A stretch of DNA of 63,959 bases, counting the filler, from Octopus bimaculoides (Eukaryota), in the NCBI RefSeq assembly GCF_001194135.2. It is 5 parts of 5 records of this genome, joined end to end, with 100 filler letters (N's around TTAATTAATTAA, not from the genome) between each part and the next. Parts side by side here need not be neighbours in the genome. Positions count along the whole stretch, not along the records: positions 35,912 to 58,880 come from NC_068990.1; positions 58,981 to 62,835 come from NW_026334348.1; 3 more parts are not named here. One strand, given 5' to 3'. Positions within the stretch are counted from its first letter, which is position 1; the number at the start of each line of letters is the position of its first letter. Below the pieces are notes generated by a model that was not told the origin of the DNA, made no database searches, and saw nothing but the letters and a program-made list of their open reading frames with translations. The position numbers and the translations under genes were made by a program. This document shows positions 49,870 through 62,649 of the stretch, one piece after another.

Positions 49870-50985
49870 TCATCTGTTTCCAGGTTTTTGTATTTTGAAA
49901 ATTTCTCCATTTCCTTTAGAGAAACGTTGTCATCTGCTGGTATTGATAGATCGATTAGAAAGCATTTTTTTTTCTTGATGATCTCTGACAATTATATCCG
50001 GTCAATTGGCCTTAATTTCCCTCTCTATGTGTATTGGTATATCCCATAGTATGGTTCCTTTCTCATTTTCTGTGACCTTTTCTGGCGTGGGCGATACCAT
50101 CTTTTTTTCTGTTGTTATTCCATAGTGTTGGCATAGCTTCCAGTGCATATAGATCCCCACTCTGTCGTATCTGTGAATATATTCCTTCTTAGCCATGACT
50201 GGGAAGCCAGAGACAATACGGTTTATTGTTTATTGTCCATCTCCACATATTCTGCAGTTACTTGTTATGTTTCTTTTCATTATATGTTTTTGGTCATTTC
50301 TGGTGGGGAGGCTTTGGTCTTGTGCTACAATTAAAATCCTTCAGTCTCTGCTTTGAGTCCTGAGCTTCTCAACCATTGCTGGGATTTTACTTTGTCTTTT
50401 CTTTTGCGTTTAGTTTAACCTGGTATTTGCCATGAAGGGGCTTTTCTTGCCATCGTTTTATCATGATCTGTTGCTGTTCTAGCTTTAGTTCAGTTATTTT
50501 ACAGCTTTTGTTGATTCTTCTTTTTCTTCATAGTTGTTAGGTACTATGACTTCTTTTTTTTTTTGTATTTGTCAGCTCCCTTAAAGACTGAAAACAGTTT
50601 TTTGTCTTGCTCGTGGCTATTTGTATTAGTTTTCTTTTCTTCTGAAGTAGTACTTTTGTAATTCTATGGTGCTTATTTTGTAATAGTTTTCTAGCTGCAT
50701 AAGGTCTCTACCACCCTCTAAACGTTGTATATATAACCATTGTAAGTCAGATTTTGGGTGGTGCATCTTAAATCCTGTCATTATTTTTCTTGTTTTCCTG
50801 TCTACTTTGATTAGTTCATTTAGTGTCCAGTTAAGGATATTGTAGCTGTAACTTATAACTGGGACAGCTAGAGTGTTGATACTTATCTTGTTTTTCGCAT
50901 TTAGCTCTGTTTTCAGTATTAATCTAACTCGTCTATAGTATTCTTTTTCTTATTTTCTCTAGAAGGGAAGGTATAAAAGCCTTAC
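49870..50985 (-). pseudogene. R2-superfamily (R4/Dong-like) retrotransposon: RT C-terminus, CCHC knuckle and restriction-like endonuclease
   Basis: Minus-strand motifs NTLAVPVISYSYNILNWT, MHHPKSD, GGRDLMQL, KPLHGKY, KAETEGFLIVAQDQSLPT, CRICGDGQ, KKEYIHRYDRV, ILWDIPI, PDII and CFLIDLSIPADDNVSLKEMEKFSKY. Confidence 0.9.
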
Positions 50986-51716
50986 AAACCTGCTCAGCCG
51001 CTCCCAACTGACTGACAGGTACCAACTGGATTTCCCAAATGCGCCAATGTGGACATGGGCAAATAGCAACGGATCTTCCAGATCGTATTTAGGTAGGATA
51101 TTCTGTTGGCCAGTAGACAGAAGTAGCATAAGTTGTCCACAATTCAAAGTTGTCGGTTACACTGACCATAAATTTTTGATCTTTATGGTCGACCAAGATA
51201 GAATCCATAGGCTGGGCCCTGGGTACAGCAACGTGTCTTTCCCGGCGCGTCAAGCATTCAGAAACTGGATCAGCAAGTTAGTCTATCGGAAGTTGTCGGT
51301 TGCAATTGTCAACAACTGTTGGTAGATAGCCCTGAAAAAGGTTATTAGAGTAGAAGCGGTAGGGTTTAGTAAGGAAATAGCTTTAGTAAGGAAATCTAGG
51401 ATAGAGGGAGGCCTAGTTAAGAAGCTACAAAAAGCGCTTAGTAGAGGCATAGCGACTGACGTGCTGGTTGCGAGATTGGCTCTTAATCAATTCTTCAATG
51501 CCAAGCACTAAGGTTATGTTGTCAGCGCTAGGGCGTGTGTACTAAAACATGAGAGGATTAAAGTTGTTCGATGGGCCTGGGTGGCAGAGGTGCAATTCGG
51601 TCTTTGGCGGGCCGAGACGGGCACATGCTACACGAATCCAAGCAAATGTGTACGGAATTTCAGCAATTGTCATTGCTATTTATTGTATACTCGACATTGT
51701 GTTCCATCCCCCCCCC

Positions 51717-51769
<53 letters not shown>

Positions 51770-51771
<2 letters not shown>

Positions 51772-51935
51772 GACAGGCGTCTTTCAGTTTCCGTCTACCA
51801 AATGCACTCACTAAGGCTTTGGTCGACCCGAGGCTATAGTAAAAGACACTTGCCCAAAGTACCACATAGTGGGGCTGAACCTGGAACCATGCAGTTGGGA
51901 GGCAACTGTCTTACCGCTTAGCCACGCTTGCGGCT
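51770..51935 (-). mobile_element. SINE family B 5' half
   Basis: ctttcagtttccgtctaccaaatgcactcactaaggctttggtcgacccgaggctatagtaaaagacacttgcccaaag. Confidence 0.85.
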
Positions 51936-52471
51936 ATACCTATGCATATCTATTAACAAAAAAACTTCAACAACAATAGCGAAACAGATTCATTCACAAT
52001 TCTATTCTCTCAGTATGGGATACACAGTTGCCATTGGAGACTGTAGTTTCAGACTTATACAAAACTGAAACTATTTCGATCGGTCAATGGTTTGTTTATT
52101 TTATTGTTTTATTTAGCTTTGTTGTTTTTTTCCATTCTTCTTTTTTGGAGGGATACATTTTCCATTTGGACGGAGTAGGTGGCTGGGTGATTTGGGGTGC
52201 ATATATGCATGGGGTTACAAGGTTAGATGATTCTTGTATGAGTATATTTTTAGCATCAATCTCGACAACACGATCAATCTTAACTTGATCTTCAATCCCA
52301 ATTGATTTTCATGTATAAACATTGCTTTCTTATCTTTTACTGCACACCATTAAACAACAGCCAGTGTGCATGTGTGTATGTGTGAATGTCTGTATACATA
52401 TGGGTGTGTATGCGTGTGTATGTATGTATATATGTGAATGCGTGTGTGCATCTTTGTACACACACACACAT

Positions 52472-52522
<51 letters not shown>

Positions 52523-52846
52523 NNNNNNNNNNNNNNNNNNNNNNNNNNNNNNNNNNNNNNNNNNNNNNNNNNNNNNNNNNNNNNNNNNNNNNNNNNNNNN
52601 NNNNNNNNNNNNNNNNNNNNNNNNNNNNNNNNNNNNNNNNNNNNNNNNNNNNNNNNNNNNNNNNNNNNNNNNNNNNNNNNNNNNNNNNNNNNNNNNNNNN
52701 NNNNNNNNNNNNNNNNNNNNNNNNNNNNNNNNNNNNNNNTTTGTGTATGTATGAGTGGAATGTTATGTTTACAAGCAGAAGGAAGTACTCAATACGGAAT
52801 AAATGTACAGATACACATACATGCAGATATACAAACATACATACAT

Positions 52847-52888
<42 letters not shown>

Positions 52889-53442
52889 GGACAGACAGAT
52901 AGATAGATAGGCAAGCATAAAATAATTCTTTTTGGGAACGGTGAAACTCGAAACAGATAAAGCTATAAATGATAGAGTGAAAAAAATTCGGTTAGAAAAA
53001 CCCTTTAGATAGGGAAACTCGAAGGCTACCCATGGGTCATGTGTGAGTGTGTGTGCGTGTGTATGTGTATGTGTATGTGTGTGTGTATGTCTGTGTCTCT
53101 GTGTGTGCGTGTGCTGGAGTACATGACTCTATGCATTATGTGTCATATACATATATTTGTATAGGTGTTTACGTGTGCGTAACATAGATGTATGCCTATA
53201 TGCTGTTATATGAAATATATATTGAGGTTTAAGCGCATACGTATGCGTGCGCTTTGAAATCGCTCGCACGAATTTGTAAATGTATTTGCCAATGCAGATG
53301 CTCAAACACACATAGACGTTCAGAAACACGGCTATAAATAGTGTTTGTATTTATAATTTAGTTATGCTTTATTTATATGTTCATACGTGTTTATATGCAT
53401 ATATGTTCTTAGATACACAGACAGACAGACAGACAAATAGAC

Positions 53443-53535
<93 letters not shown>

Positions 53536-53630
53536 TATCTGTATATAGACATCCATATCTGTGTGCATGTGTATAATATATACATACATATGTGTATGCC
53601 TATATCTGGGTGTGTGTAATCGTGTGCTTT

Positions 53631-53710
<80 letters not shown>

Positions 53711-54523
53711 NNNNNNNNNNNNNNNNNNNNNNNNNNNNNNNNNNNNNNNNNNNNNNNNNNNNNNNNNNNNNNNNNNNNNNNNNNNNNNNNNNNNNNNNNN
53801 NNNNNNNNNNNNNNNNNNNNNNNNNNNNNNNNNNNNNNNNNNNNNNNNNNNNNNNNNNNNNNNNNNNNNNNNNNNNNNNNNNNNNNNNNNNNNNNNNNNN
53901 NNNNNNNNNNNNNNNNNNNNNNNNNNNNNNNNNNNNNNNNNNNNNNNNNNNNNNNNNNNNNNNNNNNNNNNNNNNNNNNNNNNNNNNNNNNNNNNNNNNN
54001 NNNNNNNNNNNNNNNNNNNNNNNNNNNNNNNNNNNNNNNNNNNNNNNNNNNNNNNNNNNNNNNNNNNNNNNNNNNNNNNNNNNNNNNNNNNNNNNNNNNN
54101 NNNNNNNNNNNNNNNNNNNNNNNNNNNNNNNNNNNNNNNNNNNNNNNNNNNNNNNNNNNNNNNNNNNNNNNNNNNNNNNNNNNNNNNNNNNNNNNNNNNN
54201 NNNNNNNNNNNNNNNNNNNNNNNNNNNNNNNNNNNNNNNNNNNNNNNNNNNNNNTCATCATATACATATATATATATATTTATGAATTAATATATATACA
54301 TGCATATATATACATATATATATATGTATGTATGTTTGTATGTATGTATGTATGTATGTATGTATACACATACATATACACGTGTGTATGTTTGTATGAT
54401 GTATGCATGTATGTTTGCACGTATATCAATTAGTGCGTGTGTTTACATCCATAAATATGATTATAGATTGATAGGAATGGATTCCTATATGTACATACGT
54501 ATACATGCACTCGAACATATACA

Positions 54524-54565
<42 letters not shown>

Positions 54566-54937
54566 GAAAGCTATGTAAATTCGTAGACGCATTTAAATAC
54601 CGGATCTAAAATGGACATGTGCCTAAACATTTGACCGAAGATGGCGTCTAGTCTCATATCTTCGATGTCTGAACTCACTCTACCCCCACTTCGATCTTTG
54701 ATGAAGAGTACATCCCATGATACCTATTTATAGCTAGGATCACTGGAGCCACTGAATGTTAGATTGTTCTGCCAAAAAGACACCAAGCTCAATGCATTTC
54801 TCCTGAGGACACACATATACACATTCATACACGCAAACATGTATATACAGAAATATTTATATATATATATATATTATACACACACACACAAGTGTATGTG
54901 TGTGTGGGTGGGTGTGTGGGTGTGTGCGTGTGTGTGC

Positions 54938-55021
54938 GGAGGCACAATGGCTCAGTGGTTAGGGCAGCGGACTCACGGTTGTGGAATCGCGGTTTCGATT
55001 CTCAGACTGGGCGTTGTGAGT
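54938..55021 (+). mobile_element. SINE family A head, truncated by a MITE
   Basis: ggaggcacaatggctcagtggttagggcagcggactcacgg...ggtttcgattctcagactgggcgttgtgag. Confidence 0.85.
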
Positions 55022-55030
55022 GTATATGCA

Positions 55031-55381
55031 TGCATATATGGGTACAGGACTTCACAAAAAAACGTTAAACACAATGAGAAACTGTTCTGTCTTGTATTTG
55101 CTCTACTTTCACCCTCCGCAAAAAATTCCAAATTTAATTAATTTGCTTTTGCGGGAAGGACTGTTCCAACGAAGTCACGTATTGTCCTTGCATTCGAAAC
55201 GCGGAGTAGATGGAACAGGGACAACTGACGAAGGGATATACTCTTTATGTTGCATGTCTCGTTTTTCGTTTCTCTATTTTTTTCGTTGTTCGAAAAACGT
55301 TCGCTTTCTGTTTTCGTTTTTATGTTTTCGTTTCTCATTGTGTTCAACGTTTTTTTTTTATGTCCTGTACCCATATATGCA
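55031..55381. mobile_element. About 350-bp MITE with about 50-bp TIRs
   Basis: TGCATATATGGGTACAGGAC (55031-55050) and GTCCTGTACCCATATATGCA (55362-55381) form a perfect 20-bp inverted repeat, extended imperfectly to aacgttaaacacaatgagaaac / gtttctcattgtgttcaacgtt. Confidence 0.85.
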
Positions 55382-56043
55382 TGTATGTATACATATAGAT
55401 GTAGGTATGTACATATATGTATGGATATATACATATATTTATATATTATTTATGTTATTNNNNNNNNNNNNNNNNNNNNNNNNNNNNNNNNNNNNNNNNN
55501 NNNNNNNNNNNNNNNNNNNNNNNNNNNNNNNNNNNNNNNNNNNNNNNNNNNNNNNNNNNNNNNNNNNNNNNNNNNNNNNNNNNNNNNNNNNNNNNNNNNN
55601 NNNNNNNNNNNNNNNNNNNNNNNNNNNNNNNNNNNNNNNNNNNNNNNNNNNNNNNNNNNNNNNNNNNNNNNNNNNNNNNNNNNNNNNNNNNNNNNNNNNN
55701 NNNNNNNNNNNNNNNNNNNNNNNNNNNNNNNNNNNNNNNNNNNNNNNNNNNNNNNNNNNNNNNNNNNNNNNNNNNNNNNNNNNNNNNNNNNNNNNNNNNN
55801 NNNNNNNNNNNNNNNNNNNNNNNNNNNNNNNNNNNNNNNNNNNNNNNNNNNNNNNNNNNNNNNNNNNNNNNNNNNNNNNNNNNNNNNNNNNNNNNNNNNN
55901 NNNNNNNNNNNNNNNNNNNNNNNNNNNNNNNNNNNNNNNNNNNNNNNNNNNNNNNNNNNNNNNNNNNNNNNNNNNNNNNNNNNNNNNNNNNNNNNNNNNN
56001 NNNNNNNNNNNNNNNNNNNNNNNNCACAATTTTCGTTCAACTA

Positions 56044-56106
56044 AAATTCTTCAACGATGTTTCACAGCATGGCCGCAGTCAAGTAACTGAAACAAATAAA
56101 AGTAAA
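56044..56106 (+). mobile_element. SINE family B 3' end
   Basis: cagcatggccgcagtcaagtaactgaaacaaataaaagtaaag. Confidence 0.7.
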
Positions 56107-56110
56107 GGAA

Positions 56111-56330
56111 GTCAGATATCATGACATGTTTGAGGAGGATCTTGTCAAACGACGGCACACAATCTTATTCCCTATCGAAGTCAGCTGGCAAGGTTTCGCA
56201 GCAGGATCGGTGCGCTACTTCCTGCTAAAGATTCTCTGAAACCCAAACAACTGAAAAATACGACCAAGATAGCCGTAGCAGCTAAGACCATTTAAGGTGA
56301 TTGGTGTTGTTGACAATTGACCGCAGATGG
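56111..56330 (+). pseudogene. C-terminal fragment of a restriction-like endonuclease from an R2-superfamily (HERO-like) retroelement
   Basis: The frame from 56111 reads VRYHDMFEEDLVKRRHTILFPIEVSWQGFAAGSVRYFL, resembling the KY.DL....GW....FPVEVG.RGF.A.SV C-terminal motif. Confidence 0.55.
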
Positions 56331-56393
56331 AACGTTTCAGCAGGGGTAGGCTATTCCAGTCCCATTCAAACGAAATGTAGCAGCTAAGAGGAG

Positions 56394-56569
56394 AAACGCG
56401 ATACGCAATACGCAATACGCAATACGCGATACGCGATACGCAATACGCGATACGCAATACGCGANNNNNNNNNNCGCGATACGCAATACGCGATACGCGA
56501 TACGCGATACGCGATACGCAATACGCGATACGCAATACGCGATACGCAATACGCGATACGCAATACGCG
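56394..56569. repeat. Heptamer tandem array ATACGC(A/G), 22 complete units plus a gap
   Basis: Nine units at 56401-56463, a 10-N gap, then 13 units at 56479-56569. Only position 7 varies. Confidence 0.97.
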
Positions 56570-56751
56570 CAGGAGCTGCAGAAGTGTTTCCAGCACTGCG
56601 AAAGCTTTTATCATCATTAGAAATGTTTGCAGTATCTTTAAGTAGTTCCTGCAGTTTCTGTAGGAAGCAAAGCATCGCTGATTTTTTTATTTTGTTTTGT
56701 TTCAACTAATATATAATTATATTATGTTATACATGTATGTATGTATGTATG

Positions 56752-56785
<34 letters not shown>

Positions 56786-57827
56786 TGTATGTATGTCATT
56801 ATTCAGTTTTATTTCAAGATTTCTTGCCAGTAGAGAAAGAGTCGCTTTCTATCCTAGATCCAAGTCTCCTTCATTGGAATTTCAACATCAACAGAGTATT
56901 TTTGATTGTATGTATGTATGTATGTATGTATGTATGTATGTATGTATGTATACGTGCAGGTTTGTATGTTTTGTTTTATGTATGTCTTCTCATGCATATA
57001 TCTAGACATGCTCATATGAGGAGCTTACTTTCAAAACCGGTATAAGTGCATATTTGGTCGATTTCATGATAACCATTAACACACAATCTGCAAGCTGCTG
57101 GGATAGATGCCATGTAGACAGTAGGTGAATCTTTGTCTTCCACTCAAAATCAGATATATTCGAGTTGTATCCTCAGTGACTCAAAAATCATTCCGATGCA
57201 TCGATCTGGTTTTGAAAGTAAACTAAATGATGAACTTCTGGAAAGTTTTACAGATTTTTACAGTTCTAGTGACGGCTTGGATGAGTAGTTTCCGAATCAG
57301 CTTTTTCCTTTCTGGTTTTGAGAAGCCTAGTTTCTCAAGATTGGTATTTATGTATGTATGAACGTGTGTATGTATGTATGTATGTATGTATGTATGTATG
57401 TATGTATGTATGTATGTATGTNNNNNNNNNNNNNNNNNNNNNNNNNNNNNNNNNNNNNNNNNNNNNNNNNNNNNNNNNNNNNNNNNNNNNNNNNNNNNNN
57501 NNNNNNNNNNNNNNNNNNNNNNNNNNNNNNNNNNNNNNNNNNNNNNNNNNNNNNNNNNNNNNNNNNNNNNNNNNNNNNNNNNNNNNNNNNNNNNNNNNNN
57601 NNNNNNNNNNNNNNNNNNNNNNNNNNNNNNNNNNNNNNNNNNNNNNNNNNNNNNNNNNNNNNNNNNNNNNNNNNNNNNNNNNNNNNNNNNNNNNNNNNNN
57701 NNNNNNNNNNNNNNNNNNNNNNNNNNNNNNNNNNNNNNNNNNNNNNNNNNNNNNNNNNNNNNNNNNNNNNNNNNNNNNNNNNNNNNNNNNNNNNNNNNNN
57801 NNNNNNNNNNNNNNNNNNNNNNNNNNN

Positions 57828-58033
57828 CTCTTACTTCCTGTTTCTGTTGTACCTGTAATTCAAATGGTCAGCCTTGTCACACTGTGTAACGCTGAATCTC
57901 CCCGAGAACTACGTTAAGGGAACACGTGTCTGTGGAGTGCTCAGCCACTTGCACGTTAATTTCACGAGCAGGCTGTTCCGTTGATCGGATCAACTGAAAC
58001 CCTCGACGTCGTAAGCGACGGAGTGCCAACAAC
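57828..58033 (+). mobile_element. SINE family A 3' half
   Basis: ctcttacttcctgtttctgttgtacctgtaattcaaatggtcagccttgtcacactg...gacggagtgccaacaac matches 14620-14828. Confidence 0.9.
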
Positions 58034-58880
58034 ATATATGTATGTATTTATGTATGTATGTATGTATGTATGTATGTATGTATGTATTTATGTTTGTGTT
58101 TCTTTTGTGTGTATGTGTGTGCGCACGCGTGCATGTGTATGTGTGCGTGTATGTATGCGTGTGTAAAATATGGAGTTGTATGTGACTTGATCTAAGCTTT
58201 GAGACGTGGCTTGATCTAAGCTCGAGCTTCCTAACTGAAACCATTACATCACACAAGAATCATTTTAGCCATTTTTAAAATTACCCAAAAAATATTTATA
58301 TTCACATTTTCTTTATTTCTTTCTATATCAAAAATTCTGCAGCCAAGTCACTTCGTCTAATGAGTCTGTTGAAAATCATTTACTGACAAGTTCTTAAAGG
58401 TTTCGCTATTCTCCTTTCTCTCGGGTTTCCTTCCTTTATAAACTTTACACCTGTGAGTCCATTGTCTTGCTCTTGTTTGAACTTTTTACACATGGGTCTC
58501 TAGCAACATACAAATTCAATTTTCTATTCGTTCTGCGCTCCCTCTCTCTTTCTCTCTCCTCTTTTTTCGGTATATATATTTATGTATACATATATCTATG
58601 TGTAAATATGTGTGTGTGTGTGTGTGTATAATATATATATATATATATCTATATATATATATATATACATATATACATATATGCATATATATACATATAT
58701 ATACACATATATATACATACATATATATATATATATTTATATGTATGTATATATACATATATGTGTGTGTATGTCTATATATACATATATATACATATAT
58801 GTATAATATGTATATATGTGTGTGTGTATTTATGTATATATACATATGTATACATATATATATATGTATAATATGTATAT

Positions 58881-58980
58881 NNNNNNNNNNNNNNNNNNNN
58901 NNNNNNNNNNNNNNNNNNNNNNNNTTAATTAATTAANNNNNNNNNNNNNNNNNNNNNNNNNNNNNNNNNNNNNNNNNNNN
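58881..58980. other. Artificial scaffold-joining pad N44-TTAATTAATTAA-N44
   Basis: Linker at 58925-58936. Confidence 0.95.
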
Positions 58981-59022
58981 CTATATATATATATATATCT
59001 ATATATATATATATATATATAA

Positions 59023-59178
59023 TGGGCTTCTTCCAACCACTTTCTGTCTAACAGATATACTTATTAGGCTTTGGTCGATCTGAAGCTATAGGAAAAGGCA
59101 CTTGCCCAAAGTGCCGTGTAAGGGAACTCGGCATGGATCTATGTTGTTGGGAAGTGGACTTCTTACCACACAACCACA
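59023..59178 (-). mobile_element. SINE family B 5' half, diverged
   Basis: ggctttggtcgatctgaagctataggaaaaggcacttgcccaaagtgcc...cttcttaccacaacc. Confidence 0.7.
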
Positions 59179-59961
59179 TATAGCTAATGTATGTTTCCAT
59201 GTATAAAGTAACTGGACATTCATTTTGAGAGATGTGGAAACTCCATTATCTTTCTGTATTATTGTGTTAGCTTTCTGTATTTATTGGTATTTAGCTTTAT
59301 TGTACCTTCTCATTTACTTGTAGCATTCTTTGTCACAGTATATTCTATATACACTTTCTTCCTTCCAGATTGATATTTTTCCTCCCCGTCTCATCTCATT
59401 TTTGCTGGTCTATATTTATTTTTTATTTCTTATCAAAACTAACCTTGACATACAAAGTGGATGTGTCTGTTCTTTAACTAGTGTATTTTATAAGTACTTG
59501 AACATATATGCATATCTATTTGTTTCTGAATGTGTTTATTTGCATTCCAGCACACACTCCTTTATTTATATTAATTTTGTCTTGTTAGTTAGTTTTATCA
59601 GTGAATGGTAAACTAAGCAAATATTACAACCAATCTTAGAGTAAATAATTGAGTCTAACTGTTTCGTAAAGACCCTATTTTAGTTTTCTTGTTCCATTTA
59701 GTCAAAACGTAGCTATGAGCAACTTGGCCCCTCATTTGATAAAGAATGTCACAGCAAGTCATATGTAGAATTAGGAACAAAAACACACCTTTTTCTCCTT
59801 CCTTATAATCCCATCTTTACAAAACTAAGTTCTCCAAAACTTTTTAGAAATTTAGGCATTCAAATACTTGTATTTTTCTTTTTGAGAGAGAGTTGGGGTG
59901 TAGAGAGAGAAAGAGGTTGATAAAGTGATAGATTGATAAAGAGATGAACACAGATTTCTAA

Positions 59962-60019
<58 letters not shown>

Positions 60020-60447
60020 GCACACGCACACACACACACACAGAGGGTCGTGGGAGGAAGGTTTCTATAAATATAGATGAATCGACTGAAATGGTAGACC
60101 TACTTCTTCAGCATTGTATTACAACATAGTTGCATGCATCTATTGCTGCTACTGCTGTTTTACCATTACTGTTAGTTTTACTTTTGACACCTTCTCAACC
60201 CCTTAAAAATTTTTTATATATATCTTGCTCCAAAACCCTTCTGTTTAATATTTCACTTGTCTACCTGCCTTTCCAAGTTGCTGAAGACTCTACTGTTTGT
60301 TGCAAACTATTGATAAGAGAGAGCGTGTTTGTGTGTTCTATATTGTGCTGATGTTATTTTATAGAAGTATTTGCATAGAAAGAATTTACTCCATTTCTGA
60401 ATCTTGCTTTCATAAATTCCTTGTGGTAAATTTGATTATTAAAAAGA

Positions 60448-60508
<61 letters not shown>

Positions 60509-62649
60509 AGGTAAATTGACAAAAAAATAAATTTTAACTGATGAAAGGTCTCAATACGGATATTGAGTCAAACTGTGTTTCAATATGTCAATCCACATAG
60601 ATATGTCAACCCACACACAAGGTACATTCCAAAAGTTTTGAGACTTTTTTAGGTGAGGCATTGTGTGATGGCTGTAAATGTTCATTTGTTTCCAGTTGTC
60701 CATGAAAATCATGTCTGAACATGGGGAAATATTATCTTGCTTGGAAACAGATGAGGTTTGGCAACAGGAAGGGTATCTGGTCAAAGAAAATTTGCCTCAA
60801 TGAATTCCCTTGGTACCATGCAAGCATGGAAAAGTGGATGTTAATATGATAATGATATATGCCTTCTATTTTATGTGTCAGTTAGATTAAAATTGTGGTT
60901 TTCTTGATATTTTAAGAGTGATATACAACACACACACATTGCCTATGGACATTTACATTGGTATTTATATAAACCCACTTGCAGATACACATACACACTC
61001 TCACATGTTGTTGAAGTTAGCAGAATGTGTCTAAATATTTTCCTACATTGTAGTCAATGTACTATGGATTTCAAAGTTTTCCAAATAAGTATTGATTTTT
61101 ATAATTTTGAAATCCCCACAAGAAAATGGTTGAGTTGAAATAAATTGGCATTGAAATTAATTCTGATTTGTTTGAATCTTCATTTAATTTGTACTTTGTT
61201 GCTAAACTTTCTTGGTTCTTTGATAATATAAGTTGTACTTTGTTCATCTTTTCTTTGATAAATTCTACTGCAATGTAATTTTGTGAGGCGGTTTCCTGTA
61301 GGTGTGTCTGCAAGTTGACACAGACTGTGAATTTTCCTCTTGGGAGAATCTATTCAAGTGGTTCTAGCTAAAATATCTACTTTACATTTTAAGTAACTTT
61401 TTTTCTTTTTACTTGAGAAACATGTTAGAATAACTCCCTTTATGTCTAGCATATAGTCTAAATATAAATATTTTTATGTAGGATACATGTTCCTCATTGC
61501 AGTTACATCCCCTCCTATAGAGTACTATTGTACAAAAGACAACTCTTGTATTTCATTGGATTTTTTTTTTTTTGCCATGAAAAACTGTAGAAAATCAGTC
61601 TTAGGTAGACATGTATGTTGAATAACATTGAACCAGATATGTAGTACAGTATTGTTGCTTATCTCTGGGTTAGTGACTGAACAGATCTATGATTAAAATA
61701 TATTTCATCTTTTCAGATGGTGTATCTAAGGTCATAGTACTAATGTGTTCCTTTAATAAGATAGCAGAATGTGATTTGAGAGAAATTCAGCTACTATTTC
61801 ATTTGGTGCATTCAAGGTCAAGTTATTGGTTTGAAGATAACTTATTTCCAACAGTCTCAGCAGTTCTGGAAGTGTTATGGGATTTGATCAACTGATAAAA
61901 ACTGTGATAAGGTCCAAATGGAGGCCCCATGGTTGGCTTCTATATTTCCAAGTTGTGGAACTGAAGAATAAATAAATCCACTGAAATAATGTCAGTGACC
62001 AGATGAATAGTGTATAACAAAATATCAATGATTTATAATGGTCAATTAATAGAATCATCAGAGCATTGGACAAAATATCCTGTGCTATTTCTTCCAGCTC
62101 TGTATGTTCTGGGTTCAAATCCTGCTGAAGTTAACTTGGCCTTTTGTTCCTTGAGAGGTGATAAAGTATCAATCAATGTAATTGACTAACCCCTTATTCA
62201 TTAAGGTAGCTGGCCTTTTTCCTACATTGGAAACCATTATGTAAGATTTGTGTATTGACAGAATCAGTAAAGAAAAGCATTGATTGTCTCATGGCATGGG
62301 GTTAATTTTCTTTACATTGTTTGTTGAAATACTGCTTAGCATCTTCAAAGTTTCAATAAATTAAGAATCACTTACAACAGAAGGTGGGGGCTTCATTTAT
62401 TCCTTCCCATAAAAACAATTTCTGATCAAAAACAATTTCTGGTCATGTTATAAATTAAGAATTATTGCAAAATAATCAGTAAAAGTGAATATAACTCTGT
62501 GTGTTAATAATTATCGTAGCACTACCATGATGTTACATTTTTCATTTGATATAAAGTTAAAATTGTAGAAAAATAAGACAGGAATAACATACACATACGC
62601 ACACAAACATACACATGCACGTACATATATCTACATATATAGATATATA

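Noticed and set aside
61071-61313. 80-aa minus-strand ORF, and plus-strand VCLQVDTDCEFSSWENLFKW after cctgtAG
   Set aside because: No recognisable domain and no good donor site.
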